Shown here piece by piece: positions 55,614 through 63,823 of a stretch of DNA of 64,000 nucleotides (position 1 is its first letter; every line of letters begins with the position of its first letter). The position numbers and the translations under genes are program-made. The DNA is from Gemmatimonadota bacterium (GTDB lineage: Bacteria > Gemmatimonadota > Gemmatimonadetes > Gemmatimonadales > GWC2-71-9), in assembly GCA_016874005.1 (NCBI GenBank), contig VGVQ01000004.1, positions 106,968-170,967 of the forward strand. Reading direction: 5' to 3'. The notes under the pieces were generated by a model that saw only the letters and a program-made list of their open reading frames with translations, was not told the DNA's origin and did not search any database.

Positions 55614-56912
55614 CTATCGCACCGCGTAGAGGTGGCCATCGGTGCTGCCGAAGTACACCACCCCGTCGACCACGACCGGGGAGGACAGCACCGAACCCAA
55701 CGTCATCATGGTGCGCATCCCGATCATCATCCCGTCGAGCGTTCCGTCGGGATACATCTCCCGGGTGTTCATGACGCCGTCCGGGTTGGTGTACCTCGCC
55801 CCATGAGCGCGATTCCCGTCGGTCTGAAACCGGCCCGCGAGCCGGCCGGTCGTTAGGTCGACGGCGTTCAGATAGCCGTCGGAGGTACCGTAGAAGGCCC
55901 GGTCTCCGGCCAGGGCCGGCGAGGAAAACGACACCGCGAAGTTCTGGAGATCGAGCTTGACCGCCCCGGTGGCGACATCGAGCCCCTTGAAGCGGCGCCC
56001 GTCCGAGGTGGGGAAGTAGACCACGCCATCTCGGACCGCGGGCGAGGCGATGGTCCAGCCCATCTTGTTGTCGTGTTTCCAGCGGAGAGCCCCGGTCGCG
56101 AGATCGACGGCGTGGAAGTGGCCATCGCGTCCCCCGACGAAGACGGTGTTGCCGGTCACCGCGGCCGAGCTGGCGATCCCAATCTGGTTGTAGTTGACGG
56201 TATCGTCGCCGGTGGTGTAGCGCCACCGTTCCTTGCCGGTCGTCGCGTCGATGGCATACAGATTCCGGTCCCAGCTTCCGACATAGACCACGCCGTTGGC
56301 CACCGCGGGCGAGGCATGCACCACATCCCCGGTCGGAAAGGCCCAGCGGAGCTCGCCGCTCCGGGCGTCGAGCGCGTACACCTGGTGATCTCCGCTCCCG
56401 ACATAGACGACGCCTCCGACCACGGCGGGCGAGGAAAGGAAGACGTCGAAGGGATCGGGCATCCGTTCGGTCCGGGGCATCGCGCCATGGATCCCGGGAG
56501 CGGTGAAACGCCGCTCCCCTTTGGTCTTGAAGCTCCACTTTCGCTCCCCGGTCGCGGCATCGACGCCGTAGATCGAGCCGTCGAGACTGGCGATGAACAC
56601 CAGGCCATCGGCGACCGCGGGAGAGGAAGCGATCGGCCCTGGGGTCGAGAACTTCCAGGCCTGGGCGCCGGTGGAGCGATGGATGGCGTAGAGCGCTCCG
56701 TCGGTGCTCCCGACGTAGACGAATTCGCCGACCACCGCGGGGCTCGAGATCACTCGGCCGCCGGTCTTGAACTTCCAGGCCAGGGTCGAAAGGCTCGGTG
56801 CCGGGGCCCGATAGACCCCCAGGTGATCCGGTCCGCCGCGGAACATGGGCGACTGGGCCGGCAGGGTAGTTGCCAGGGTGGTCAAGGCGATCGCGGCGAG
56901 ACATCGGGACAC
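55614..56912 (-). CDS. PQQ-like (BamB-type) beta-propeller repeat protein, secreted
   Basis: It has a signal peptide and 7-8 repeats of the ...VYVGS.DG.LYA(I/V)D..TG...W blade motif. Confidence 0.85.
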   Translation of the reverse strand: MSRCLAAIALTTLATTLPAQSPMFRGGPDHLGVYRAPAPSLSTLAWKFKTGGRVISSPAVVGEFVYVGSTDGALYAIHRSTGAQAWKFSTPGPIASSPAVADGLVFIASLDGSIYGVDAATGERKWSFKTKGERRFTAPGIHGAMPRTERMPDPFDVFLSSPAVVGGVVYVGSGDHQVYALDARSGELRWAFPTGDVVHASPAVANGVVYVGSWDRNLYAIDATTGKERWRYTTGDDTVNYNQIGIASSAAVTGNTVFVGGRDGHFHAVDLATGALRWKHDNKMGWTIASPAVRDGVVYFPTSDGRRFKGLDVATGAVKLDLQNFAVSFSSPALAGDRAFYGTSDGYLNAVDLTTGRLAGRFQTDGNRAHGARYTNPDGVMNTREMYPDGTLDGMMIGMRTMMTLGSVLSSPVVVDGVVYFGSTDGHLYAVR

Positions 56913-57134
56913 GGTGCGGTTCCGAGGTTGGGACTTCCGGAAAGATGGCGGTGGGCGAGGCGATTGCCTTGAAGGATGTTGGCCGGTCCCGCTCGCTGCC
57001 GGTCCGCGGTCCGCGGTCCGGGGTCATTGGGGGTGGAGGGGAAGGGGGTGGGGGAGGGCTGAGGGGCGCGACTGATGGCAGCCGGTCGGCGGGTTCTGTT
57101 AGGTTACCGGGGGCCGCCAACCGGGAGAAAGTCA

Positions 57135-57656
57135 ATGCGGGGCTTGGTATTGGTCGTGGGCTTGATGACGAGTTCGGGCGTGGCCGTGGGGCAGTCGACC
57201 GGGGCCGCCGACGACGTGACCACCCTCGACGGGATCATCCGGGCGTATTACGACGTGGTGAGCGGGCCAGCCGGCTCGCTGCCGGATCCCAAGCGCGACT
57301 CGACCCTCCACCATCCGAACGCCCAGGTGACCCTGCTCACCCGACGGGCCGATGGCTCGGCGACGGTCGCGGTCGGTACCTTGGCGGACTACTATCGCCA
57401 GAGCGGCACGGGGCCCCGGAAGCGGGGGTTCTTCGAGCGGGAGATCCACCGGGTGACCCAGCGGATCGGCGCGCTGGCCCACGTGTGGAGCACCTATGAA
57501 TCGTCCGAAACGCCGGGCGGGCCCGCATTCACCCGGGGGATCAACAGTATCCAGCTGTATTGGGACGGCCGGCGGTGGTGGATTCTGGGTTGGGTCTTCG
57601 ACGACGAGCGGCATGGCAATCGGATCGCCGCGGAGTATCTGCCAGGCCAACGTTAG
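57135..57656 (+). CDS. secreted NTF2-like protein
   Basis: It has a signal peptide. The pattern is IIRAYYDVVSG...RGINSIQLYWDGRRWWILGWVFDDE. The start is ATG 57135 with SD GGGAGA. Confidence 0.6.
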   Translation: MRGLVLVVGLMTSSGVAVGQSTGAADDVTTLDGIIRAYYDVVSGPAGSLPDPKRDSTLHHPNAQVTLLTRRADGSATVAVGTLADYYRQSGTGPRKRGFFEREIHRVTQRIGALAHVWSTYESSETPGGPAFTRGINSIQLYWDGRRWWILGWVFDDERHGNRIAAEYLPGQR

Positions 57657-57714
57657 GTCGCCGTCGCGTCGGCCCGCTGTCGCCGGCGGGCCTCGGGACG
57701 ATTAGACTGCGACG

Positions 57715-58779
57715 ATGCCCAGCCTCTTCGCTCCGTTGGACCTCCGCGGTCTGACCATCAAGAACCGGATCGTCGTCTCCCCGATGTGCCAGTACTCGGC
57801 CGTCCACGGCGTCGCCTCCGATTGGCATCTCGTTCACCTCGGCAGTCGCGCGGTCGGCGGGGCCGGGCTCGTCATCGCCGAGGCGACGGCGGTGGTCCCG
57901 GAGGGGCGGATCAGCCCGGAGGACCTCGGCCTCTGGACCGACGACCAGATCGAGCCACTGGCTCGGATAACCCGGTTCGTCCGCGACCAGGGCGCCGCCA
58001 TCGGGATCCAACTCGCCCACGCCGGGCGGAAGGCCAGCAGCTACCGCCCCTGGTCGCCGGTTCAAGGCGAAGTACCCCGATCAGCCGGCGGCTGGGAGAC
58101 GGTGGCGCCAAGCGCGATCCGGTACGGCGATGGCTATCCGATGCCGGCGATGCTCGACGAGGCCGGCATCAGCGCGGCGATCGCGGCATTCGCCGCCGCG
58201 GCCACTCGGGCGGTATCGGCCGGGTTCCAGCTGATCGAACTGCACGCCGCCCACGGCTATCTCCTCCACGAGTTCCTTTCGCCGACGAGCAACCACCGAA
58301 CCGATCGATGGGGCGGGTCGTTCGAGGGCCGGATTCGGTTGGTGCTCGAGGTCGTGCGGGCCGTCCGCGCGGCGATGCCCGACGCGATGCCGCTGTGGAT
58401 CCGGATCTCGGCGACCGATTGGTCGCCGGATGGCTGGACCATCGAGGAGTCGGTGGAGTTGGCGCGGCGGCTCGGCCCGCTCGGCGTCGACTTGGTGGAC
58501 TGTTCCTCGGGCGGCAACGTCACCGGGGCCCGAATCCCGGTGGGGCCGGGGTATCAGACGCCGTTCGCCGAGCGAATCCGGCGGGAAGCACAGATCGCGA
58601 CGGGCACCGTGGGGTTCGTCACGGCACCGGAGCAAGCGGATCAGATCGTTCGAACCGGTCAAGCCGACGTGGTGCTGTTGGCGCGCGAACTGCTGCGGGA
58701 TCCCTATTGGCCGCTTCGGGCCGCGGTGAAGTTGGGCCAGGTGCCAGCGGTGCCTCCCCAGTACCGGCGGGCGTGGTAA
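57715..58779 (+). CDS. NADH:flavin oxidoreductase / NADPH dehydrogenase (Old Yellow Enzyme, YqjM type)
   Basis: NRIVVSPMCQYS, HAAHGYLLHEFLSP and NHRTDRWGGS are the canonical OYE blocks. Confidence 0.92.
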   Translation: MPSLFAPLDLRGLTIKNRIVVSPMCQYSAVHGVASDWHLVHLGSRAVGGAGLVIAEATAVVPEGRISPEDLGLWTDDQIEPLARITRFVRDQGAAIGIQLAHAGRKASSYRPWSPVQGEVPRSAGGWETVAPSAIRYGDGYPMPAMLDEAGISAAIAAFAAAATRAVSAGFQLIELHAAHGYLLHEFLSPTSNHRTDRWGGSFEGRIRLVLEVVRAVRAAMPDAMPLWIRISATDWSPDGWTIEESVELARRLGPLGVDLVDCSSGGNVTGARIPVGPGYQTPFAERIRREAQIATGTVGFVTAPEQADQIVRTGQADVVLLARELLRDPYWPLRAAVKLGQVPAVPPQYRRAW

Positions 58780-58953
58780 CGGCGCGGGGCCTTGCCAGAC
58801 ATCATCTCTGGGTGGCCGAGTAACGGACGCCACCACCGCCGGGCTGATGACGAGATGACCTCGACCTGATGGGGACCTGAATTTCCGGATCTAGCGTTCC
58901 TCCCGTCAACCGGAACCGGCAGAGGCCGGTCCGAACTCGCTCAAGGAGGAACG

Positions 58954-60540
58954 ATGCCACCCCGCCCCGGCCCGCTCACCGCGTCTCTCGCGCTTCTGCT
59001 CGTGGGGTCCACGCTCGCGGCCCAGACGAGAACCGTCCGAAGCCCAAGCACCTTACCGAGGCTGGTGGTCCAGCCCCCGCCCCCTCCAGGCCCCCCGCCG
59101 CAGGGGCTGGCGTTCGAATCAGCGAAGACTTACGGGATTTTCGCGAAGTTGACCTGGCCCCCGGCCGCCAACGTGGTGAAGTACTCGGTGAGTCGGGGCA
59201 AGGGGGGCGATCCGAGTTGCTGCAACGCGACCTCCGGCGACCTGCCGGCGACGGCCTCTTCCTGGCAGGACGCCGGCCTCTACCGGCCGGGCTCGTATCA
59301 ATTCACCCTGACCGCACACTACGCCGACGGCTCGGTCGGTGCGGCCGCGGTCAATCTGGATGTACGATACGCCGCGGCGCCGACGCCGATCACGGTCAAC
59401 GACGTTGCCGCGGGCAAGATCCAGCTCAAGTGGAACGCCGCCACGCCCGGCACCTCGGGAATCCTGATCCAGGGTCCGGGTGTCGTCCCGGGTTATGGGG
59501 CCGTCGGGACCACGCTGGTGCTCGGTGGGGGGCCGCTCGATCTGTTCCTGCCGGCTGGTAATCACAGCTGGAAGGTGGCCGCGGTCTACGATGCCAATAA
59601 CGTGCCGGTGCTCCCGGCTACGACCTATGGCAGCTACCCCAAATACGGCACCAACTACGTGGTCTTGGCCCCGCCGTCGGAGTGGGCCGACGTGAGTCAC
59701 GAGGTGAAGATCCGAGGCGACCGGTTCCGGATCTCGTTGGAGCGGTTCGAGGCGGTCACGCTGGCCGGCGAAGACATTCTCCGGAGTGACGGGCGGGGTA
59801 ACGAGGTCTACATCGCGACCCAGGTGAACGAATACCGGCGCTGGGGTCGGCCGGCCGGGTCCGGTCCGGTTTCGCAGCGAATGCTCAAGACGCCCACGTT
59901 CGGGGATGCTCACAACTTCCCGGGGCGGATTCAGGCGGGCACGGCGTCGCCGACCGGGGGGATCAACACCAACGACAGCTATCCCGCTCCGGTTCATCTC
60001 ATCTCGCAGTTGGCGGCGCCCACGACCGGCAACCTTCCGTTTTTCCTCTGGGAGGGCGAGCTGACCGAGATCGATGGAGCGGTGATCATCTCGCCATCGA
60101 TTTGGGAGTCGGACGAGGACAATCGTCTCTTCCAACCGTTCGCGGATTTCCACGCCTACACGGCCGGCAACCTGCAATACCTGAACGCGCTGTATCCCTT
60201 CATGCCGTGGTACCCCTCGGGTGCCCAGAACCTCTGGCGTCCGATCAGATGTCCCGCGACGGCGAGCGGCCAGTATCCATCCTACTTCACTTCGCCGCTC
60301 GGCGCCTGGGGTGACGAGCCGGTGGACATGCAGGAGCGGCAGAGCTACTGCCAGACCTACGTCGCGATCAATTGGCGGATCGCGAGCTCCTACACCAGCG
60401 TGAATCCGGCGGCCGTGGTTGAGATTCCGATGGTCGGGACCCCGCCTTGGGGCAGCTACAAGCTCTTTGTTCGGATCGAGAAGCTGGCGCCGCCGCCGGC
60501 TATGGTGGCTCCGACCCGGATGCGGCGGTCGGTTCCCTGA
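58954..60540 (+). CDS. secreted hypothetical protein: two FN3/Ig-like modules plus a 300-aa C-terminal domain of unknown family
   Basis: Strong SD AAGGAGGAA, a signal peptide and a poly-Pro linker are present. Two segments resemble the FN3 consensus (KLTWPPAANVVKYSV..., IQLKWNAATPGTSG...). No motif was recognised in the C-terminal half. Confidence 0.65.
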   Translation: MPPRPGPLTASLALLLVGSTLAAQTRTVRSPSTLPRLVVQPPPPPGPPPQGLAFESAKTYGIFAKLTWPPAANVVKYSVSRGKGGDPSCCNATSGDLPATASSWQDAGLYRPGSYQFTLTAHYADGSVGAAAVNLDVRYAAAPTPITVNDVAAGKIQLKWNAATPGTSGILIQGPGVVPGYGAVGTTLVLGGGPLDLFLPAGNHSWKVAAVYDANNVPVLPATTYGSYPKYGTNYVVLAPPSEWADVSHEVKIRGDRFRISLERFEAVTLAGEDILRSDGRGNEVYIATQVNEYRRWGRPAGSGPVSQRMLKTPTFGDAHNFPGRIQAGTASPTGGINTNDSYPAPVHLISQLAAPTTGNLPFFLWEGELTEIDGAVIISPSIWESDEDNRLFQPFADFHAYTAGNLQYLNALYPFMPWYPSGAQNLWRPIRCPATASGQYPSYFTSPLGAWGDEPVDMQERQSYCQTYVAINWRIASSYTSVNPAAVVEIPMVGTPPWGSYKLFVRIEKLAPPPAMVAPTRMRRSVP

Positions 60541-60570
60541 CGCCGGAGCCGGGGCGGCAGGACGGGACGG

Positions 60571-62811
60571 TTAGAAGTCCACCGTCATGGTCAAGTCGAA
60601 GAGCCGAGGCGCCCCCGGCATCAGCCCGCGGGACCGATCGACCAGGTAGACCCGATCGAAGAGGTTCTTGACCCCGGCCGAGAGGCGGGTCCCGAGTCCC
60701 GGGATCCGCCAATCGGCCGAGGCGTTCCATACGGTTACCCCGGCGATAGGGCCTTGCTGGCCGTCGGCGACGAGCCTGGCCGTGTTGACCGGATCGGTGA
60801 ACTGGGCCGAGGTGTGAACGGCCTCGACCGAGGCGCCGAACCGGGCGCCGACATCGATGCCTAACGCCGCCCTGAGGACGTGCTCGGGGGCGTAGGGCAG
60901 TCGGTTGCCGGTGACCGAGACCCGGGGCCTCAGGCCGGCCGGGTCCGGGGCGGGGTAGACCTTGCCGACCAGGTCGCCGGTCCCGGTGCCGATCCAGGCG
61001 TAGCGGGCGCTCTCGAATCGGGCCACCGCGACCCAGGTCCAGCTCGCGCTCAACCATCCGCGGGTGGTGCCGGTGGCGCCGAACGCCTCGGTGCCAAGCC
61101 GGCCGGCGAACTCGAGGCCGCGATGGAGGGTTTCTCCGGCGCTGGTGAGGGTGGCACCACTCCCGCCGGCCACACTGGCCGGGACGATTTGATTGGTGAA
61201 GTCGAGCTGAAACGCGGTGGCCTCGAGGCGGAGTCCGGCCGGTCCATCGTAGCGGACCCCGAGTTCGGCGTTCCAGCTCTCTTCGGCCGCGAGGTCCACC
61301 ACGCCCCCGTCGTTGGTCAGGACGTCCTCGGTCCTGGGCGGGGCAAAGCCGCGGTGCCAGCCGCCGAACACGGTGGCGGGCCCATCGCCGGGCCGCCAGG
61401 TCACCCCGATACCGGGGATCAGCCGGAACAAGGTGGTCTCGCCTAACGGCGCGGTCGGGTCGAGGCGGTTGTGGCGCTGGTAGCGGACGTACTCGGCCCG
61501 GAGCCCTGGGGTGACGGAGAAGGGGCCCGAGCCGAGGCGAAGCTGCCCGAATCCGGCGAAGGCGCCGTTCTTCCGGAGGTTGCTCTCCCGCAGACCGGCG
61601 TTGGGGTCGGTCGACGGCCCGGCGGCCCGTGCCAGGGGCGAGGCGCCGTTCTCCTGGCGCCGGTCCTGAACCTCGTAGTGGGCTCGGGCGCCCAGCTCGA
61701 GGCTGGCGTGGCCGGACGAACCGAGCCCGATCAACGCCCGGGGTTCGACACCAACCACCCGGTACTGGCGGAGCCGGCCCTCGTTGCCGCAGGTGGTGGC
61801 GAGGTTGGCGAGGCCGCCGCAGGCCGGATCGCTGGCGTCGTTAGGCCGCTGGGCGGAGTTGCTGGACTGACGCCACCAGTCGCGCGCGAACCAGGAGCCA
61901 TAGGCGCGGGTGGTGACCACGACGCCGCCCCGGGCCAGCCGGTGGGTGGCGGCGAGGGCGACCCGGTCGGCGAACATCGAGTCCCGCTCGAAGACGTTGG
62001 CGAACGGGTCTTGGGCATACTCGGCCTCGGTCAGGCCGGAGTAGGTCAGCTGCGATCGTTCGCGATAGACGTTGCCCTTGACGGTCAGCTCGTGACCGTC
62101 GGGGAGGTCGATGCTGGCCTTGATGGTGCCGTCGGCGATGGTGGTGCCGAGGTTCCGCCGGCCGGCCGCGGCCCGCTTGAGCAGCAGGTCGCCCACCACG
62201 CCGCCCCACTCCGCACCGGTTCGGTAGCGGACCTGGCCGAGGCGGTAGTCGCGGTTGCCGCCGCCGAGCGAGAACGACCCGGCGGCACCGGATCGCGGCG
62301 GGGTGGGGGACAACAGGTTGATCACGCCGCCGATGGTGCGGGGGCCGTAACCGATCTGGCTCGCGCCTTTGAGGACCTCGACCCCGGCGAAGCGATCGAT
62401 AGGCGGAACGTAGTAGGAGGCATTGTCGCCGTAGGGCGCGATGGAGAAGGGAACGCCGTCCTCCAGGAGCAGCACCGCCTGAGATCGAGTCGGGTTGAGG
62501 CCGCGGATGCCGATGTTAGGCCGGATCCCGATTCCGTCTTCGTCGCGGACGAATAGCCCTGGGGCGCCGCGAAGGGCGTCGTGGAGGTTCCGGGGCCGTT
62601 TGGCGCGCAATTCGGCGGCGTCGAGAACGAAGCCGGATCCTGGAATGGTCCGGAGCCGAGAGCTGCGACCGATGACTTCGATTGCGGGGAGGTCCGCGGC
62701 GCGGCGGCGACCGGTATCGGGTGCTTGAGGCGGGTGGGCTCGAGCCGGCTCGTCGGGAAGGCGCGGCTGGGTCGGCGGCTGGAGCAGCGCGAGGATGGCA
62801 AGCCGAATCAT
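60571..62811 (-). CDS. TonB-dependent receptor (siderophore-type)
   Basis: The plug domain reads NLHDALRGAPGLFVRDEDG...IGIRGLNP. It is followed by a 22-strand-barrel-like C-terminus that ends with the terminal aromatic ...TMTVDF. Confidence 0.9.
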   Translation of the reverse strand: MIRLAILALLQPPTQPRLPDEPARAHPPQAPDTGRRRAADLPAIEVIGRSSRLRTIPGSGFVLDAAELRAKRPRNLHDALRGAPGLFVRDEDGIGIRPNIGIRGLNPTRSQAVLLLEDGVPFSIAPYGDNASYYVPPIDRFAGVEVLKGASQIGYGPRTIGGVINLLSPTPPRSGAAGSFSLGGGNRDYRLGQVRYRTGAEWGGVVGDLLLKRAAAGRRNLGTTIADGTIKASIDLPDGHELTVKGNVYRERSQLTYSGLTEAEYAQDPFANVFERDSMFADRVALAATHRLARGGVVVTTRAYGSWFARDWWRQSSNSAQRPNDASDPACGGLANLATTCGNEGRLRQYRVVGVEPRALIGLGSSGHASLELGARAHYEVQDRRQENGASPLARAAGPSTDPNAGLRESNLRKNGAFAGFGQLRLGSGPFSVTPGLRAEYVRYQRHNRLDPTAPLGETTLFRLIPGIGVTWRPGDGPATVFGGWHRGFAPPRTEDVLTNDGGVVDLAAEESWNAELGVRYDGPAGLRLEATAFQLDFTNQIVPASVAGGSGATLTSAGETLHRGLEFAGRLGTEAFGATGTTRGWLSASWTWVAVARFESARYAWIGTGTGDLVGKVYPAPDPAGLRPRVSVTGNRLPYAPEHVLRAALGIDVGARFGASVEAVHTSAQFTDPVNTARLVADGQQGPIAGVTVWNASADWRIPGLGTRLSAGVKNLFDRVYLVDRSRGLMPGAPRLFDLTMTVDF

Positions 62812-62829
62812 GGCGCGCCTCAGTTATTT

Positions 62830-62848
62830 GAAAATGAGTATCATGTGC
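62830..62848 (-). promoter_or_regulatory. Fur-box-like sequence in an AT-rich patch upstream of the TonB-dependent receptor
   Basis: GAAAATGAGTATCATGTGC matches the 19-bp consensus GATAATGATAATCATTATC at 13/19 positions. It lies 19-37 nt upstream of the receptor ATG, in the only strongly AT-rich stretch of this part of the window. Confidence 0.5.
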
Positions 62849-63226
62849 AAATATTCTGGCGTGCAAGTTACTGGCAACACAACAGTTCCGGAACGGGATC
62901 CCTCCGATCGGGGTAACCGCCGGCCCAAACGCCCCCCAATTCCCGAGCGTCGCCGCAGGAGACCCAACGCCGATTCGAGGTCGAGCTTGGGTCCGCTGGG
63001 GACGGACCGGGGTGGGTCGAGCCTGACGGTGCGCCCCGGGCCGACTCGGTCGTCGTCTTCCCGGGCCAACGGCTCGGCACCGTGACCGTCTTGGCGATCG
63101 CGTCTCTATTGGTGGTGCCGGCGAATCCGTTCGATGGTCGCTATCCGCCGGTTCCACGCGATGGTGTTGCCGGGGGTGGGCGAACCCGGGCCGCCCTGAA
63201 GAGGGGCCCAGTGACGAGCCGCGAGC

Positions 63227-63721
63227 CTAACGAGCCCTGGTCCCCGACAGCTTGAACCCCGTTTGCTGATTTGCCCCGATAAAGCGGGCCCGGTCCTCGG
63301 AAAGCGTCAGGGTGTCGACGTAGCCCGTCTCGCGCCACCGGAAGGTGAACCGATGCGGATCTTCCTCATCGCACTCCCAGACGCCATTGATCGTCGGGAG
63401 GGGATCGGCCGACACCCGATACCAGTGGAGGCCTCGGTCCTCCGCCACCGCCACCACCCCGCCCGTCGAGAGCCAATCCCACCTGCCGACGGCGTCGACG
63501 CACCGCGGCGCTGGCGGGGCGTCGGTCCGCCGATCCATGACGAACGCGACGATCCCCACGACCCCCGCGATGACGGTGATCAGCGCCACCACCGGGTGAT
63601 CACCCCAGTTTCGCCAAAGCGGCTTCGGCCCCGCAGAACGGTCGGAGCGCTCGGTGATCGTGCCGCGCCCCGGTTCCGGCGGGGGCGGGTCTCCAGGATT
63701 CGGGGGCGTTGGATCGGTCAT
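63227..63721 (-). CDS. hypothetical membrane-anchored protein
   Basis: A Pro-rich N-terminus is followed by the TM helix VVALITVIAGVVGIVAFVM and a roughly 90-aa extracytoplasmic domain. The start is ATG 63721; the track uses TTG 63772. Confidence 0.5.
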   Translation of the reverse strand: MTDPTPPNPGDPPPPEPGRGTITERSDRSAGPKPLWRNWGDHPVVALITVIAGVVGIVAFVMDRRTDAPPAPRCVDAVGRWDWLSTGGVVAVAEDRGLHWYRVSADPLPTINGVWECDEEDPHRFTFRWRETGYVDTLTLSEDRARFIGANQQTGFKLSGTRAR

Positions 63722-63823
63722 TGAGAGTCGGGTGGTCCACCCTAGATATAGAGCGAGTCGAGACGGGGTCAAGGCTGGGGAGCCGAACCCGGCCCGGTGC
63801 CGACCGGGGATTAGATTGCGGCG

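Larger units (their letters stand above)
2754..63232. repeat. dispersed over-represented octamer CGTTAGGC / GCCTAACG (21 exact copies, plus 2 TGTTAGGC)
   Basis: First bases on the + strand are as follows. CGTTAGGC: 8245, 14260, 14953, 23114, 31305, 43430, 44978, 51465, 61839. GCCTAACG: 2754, 16688, 19263, 25363, 28905, 33273, 34365, 42310, 46962, 60859, 61441, 63225. TGTTAGGC: 22428, 62514. Every in-gene copy was checked for codon-phase consistency with the called CDS. Confidence 0.85.

Noticed and set aside
53285-57135. ORFs 53285..55492-, 54199..55629+ and 55546..57135-
   Set aside because: They are shadow ORFs of the class I fumarase and the PQQ-propeller gene. They are Arg/Gly/Pro-rich with no recognisable domains.
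62516-63157. ORFs in the 415-bp region upstream of the TonB receptor (62516..63157-, 62824..63069-, 62795..63085+)
   Set aside because: They are low-complexity or run through the AT-rich promoter patch. They show no SD and no motifs. A short frame ending ...NTIAWNRRIATIERIRRHHQ* has no start and was not pursued.
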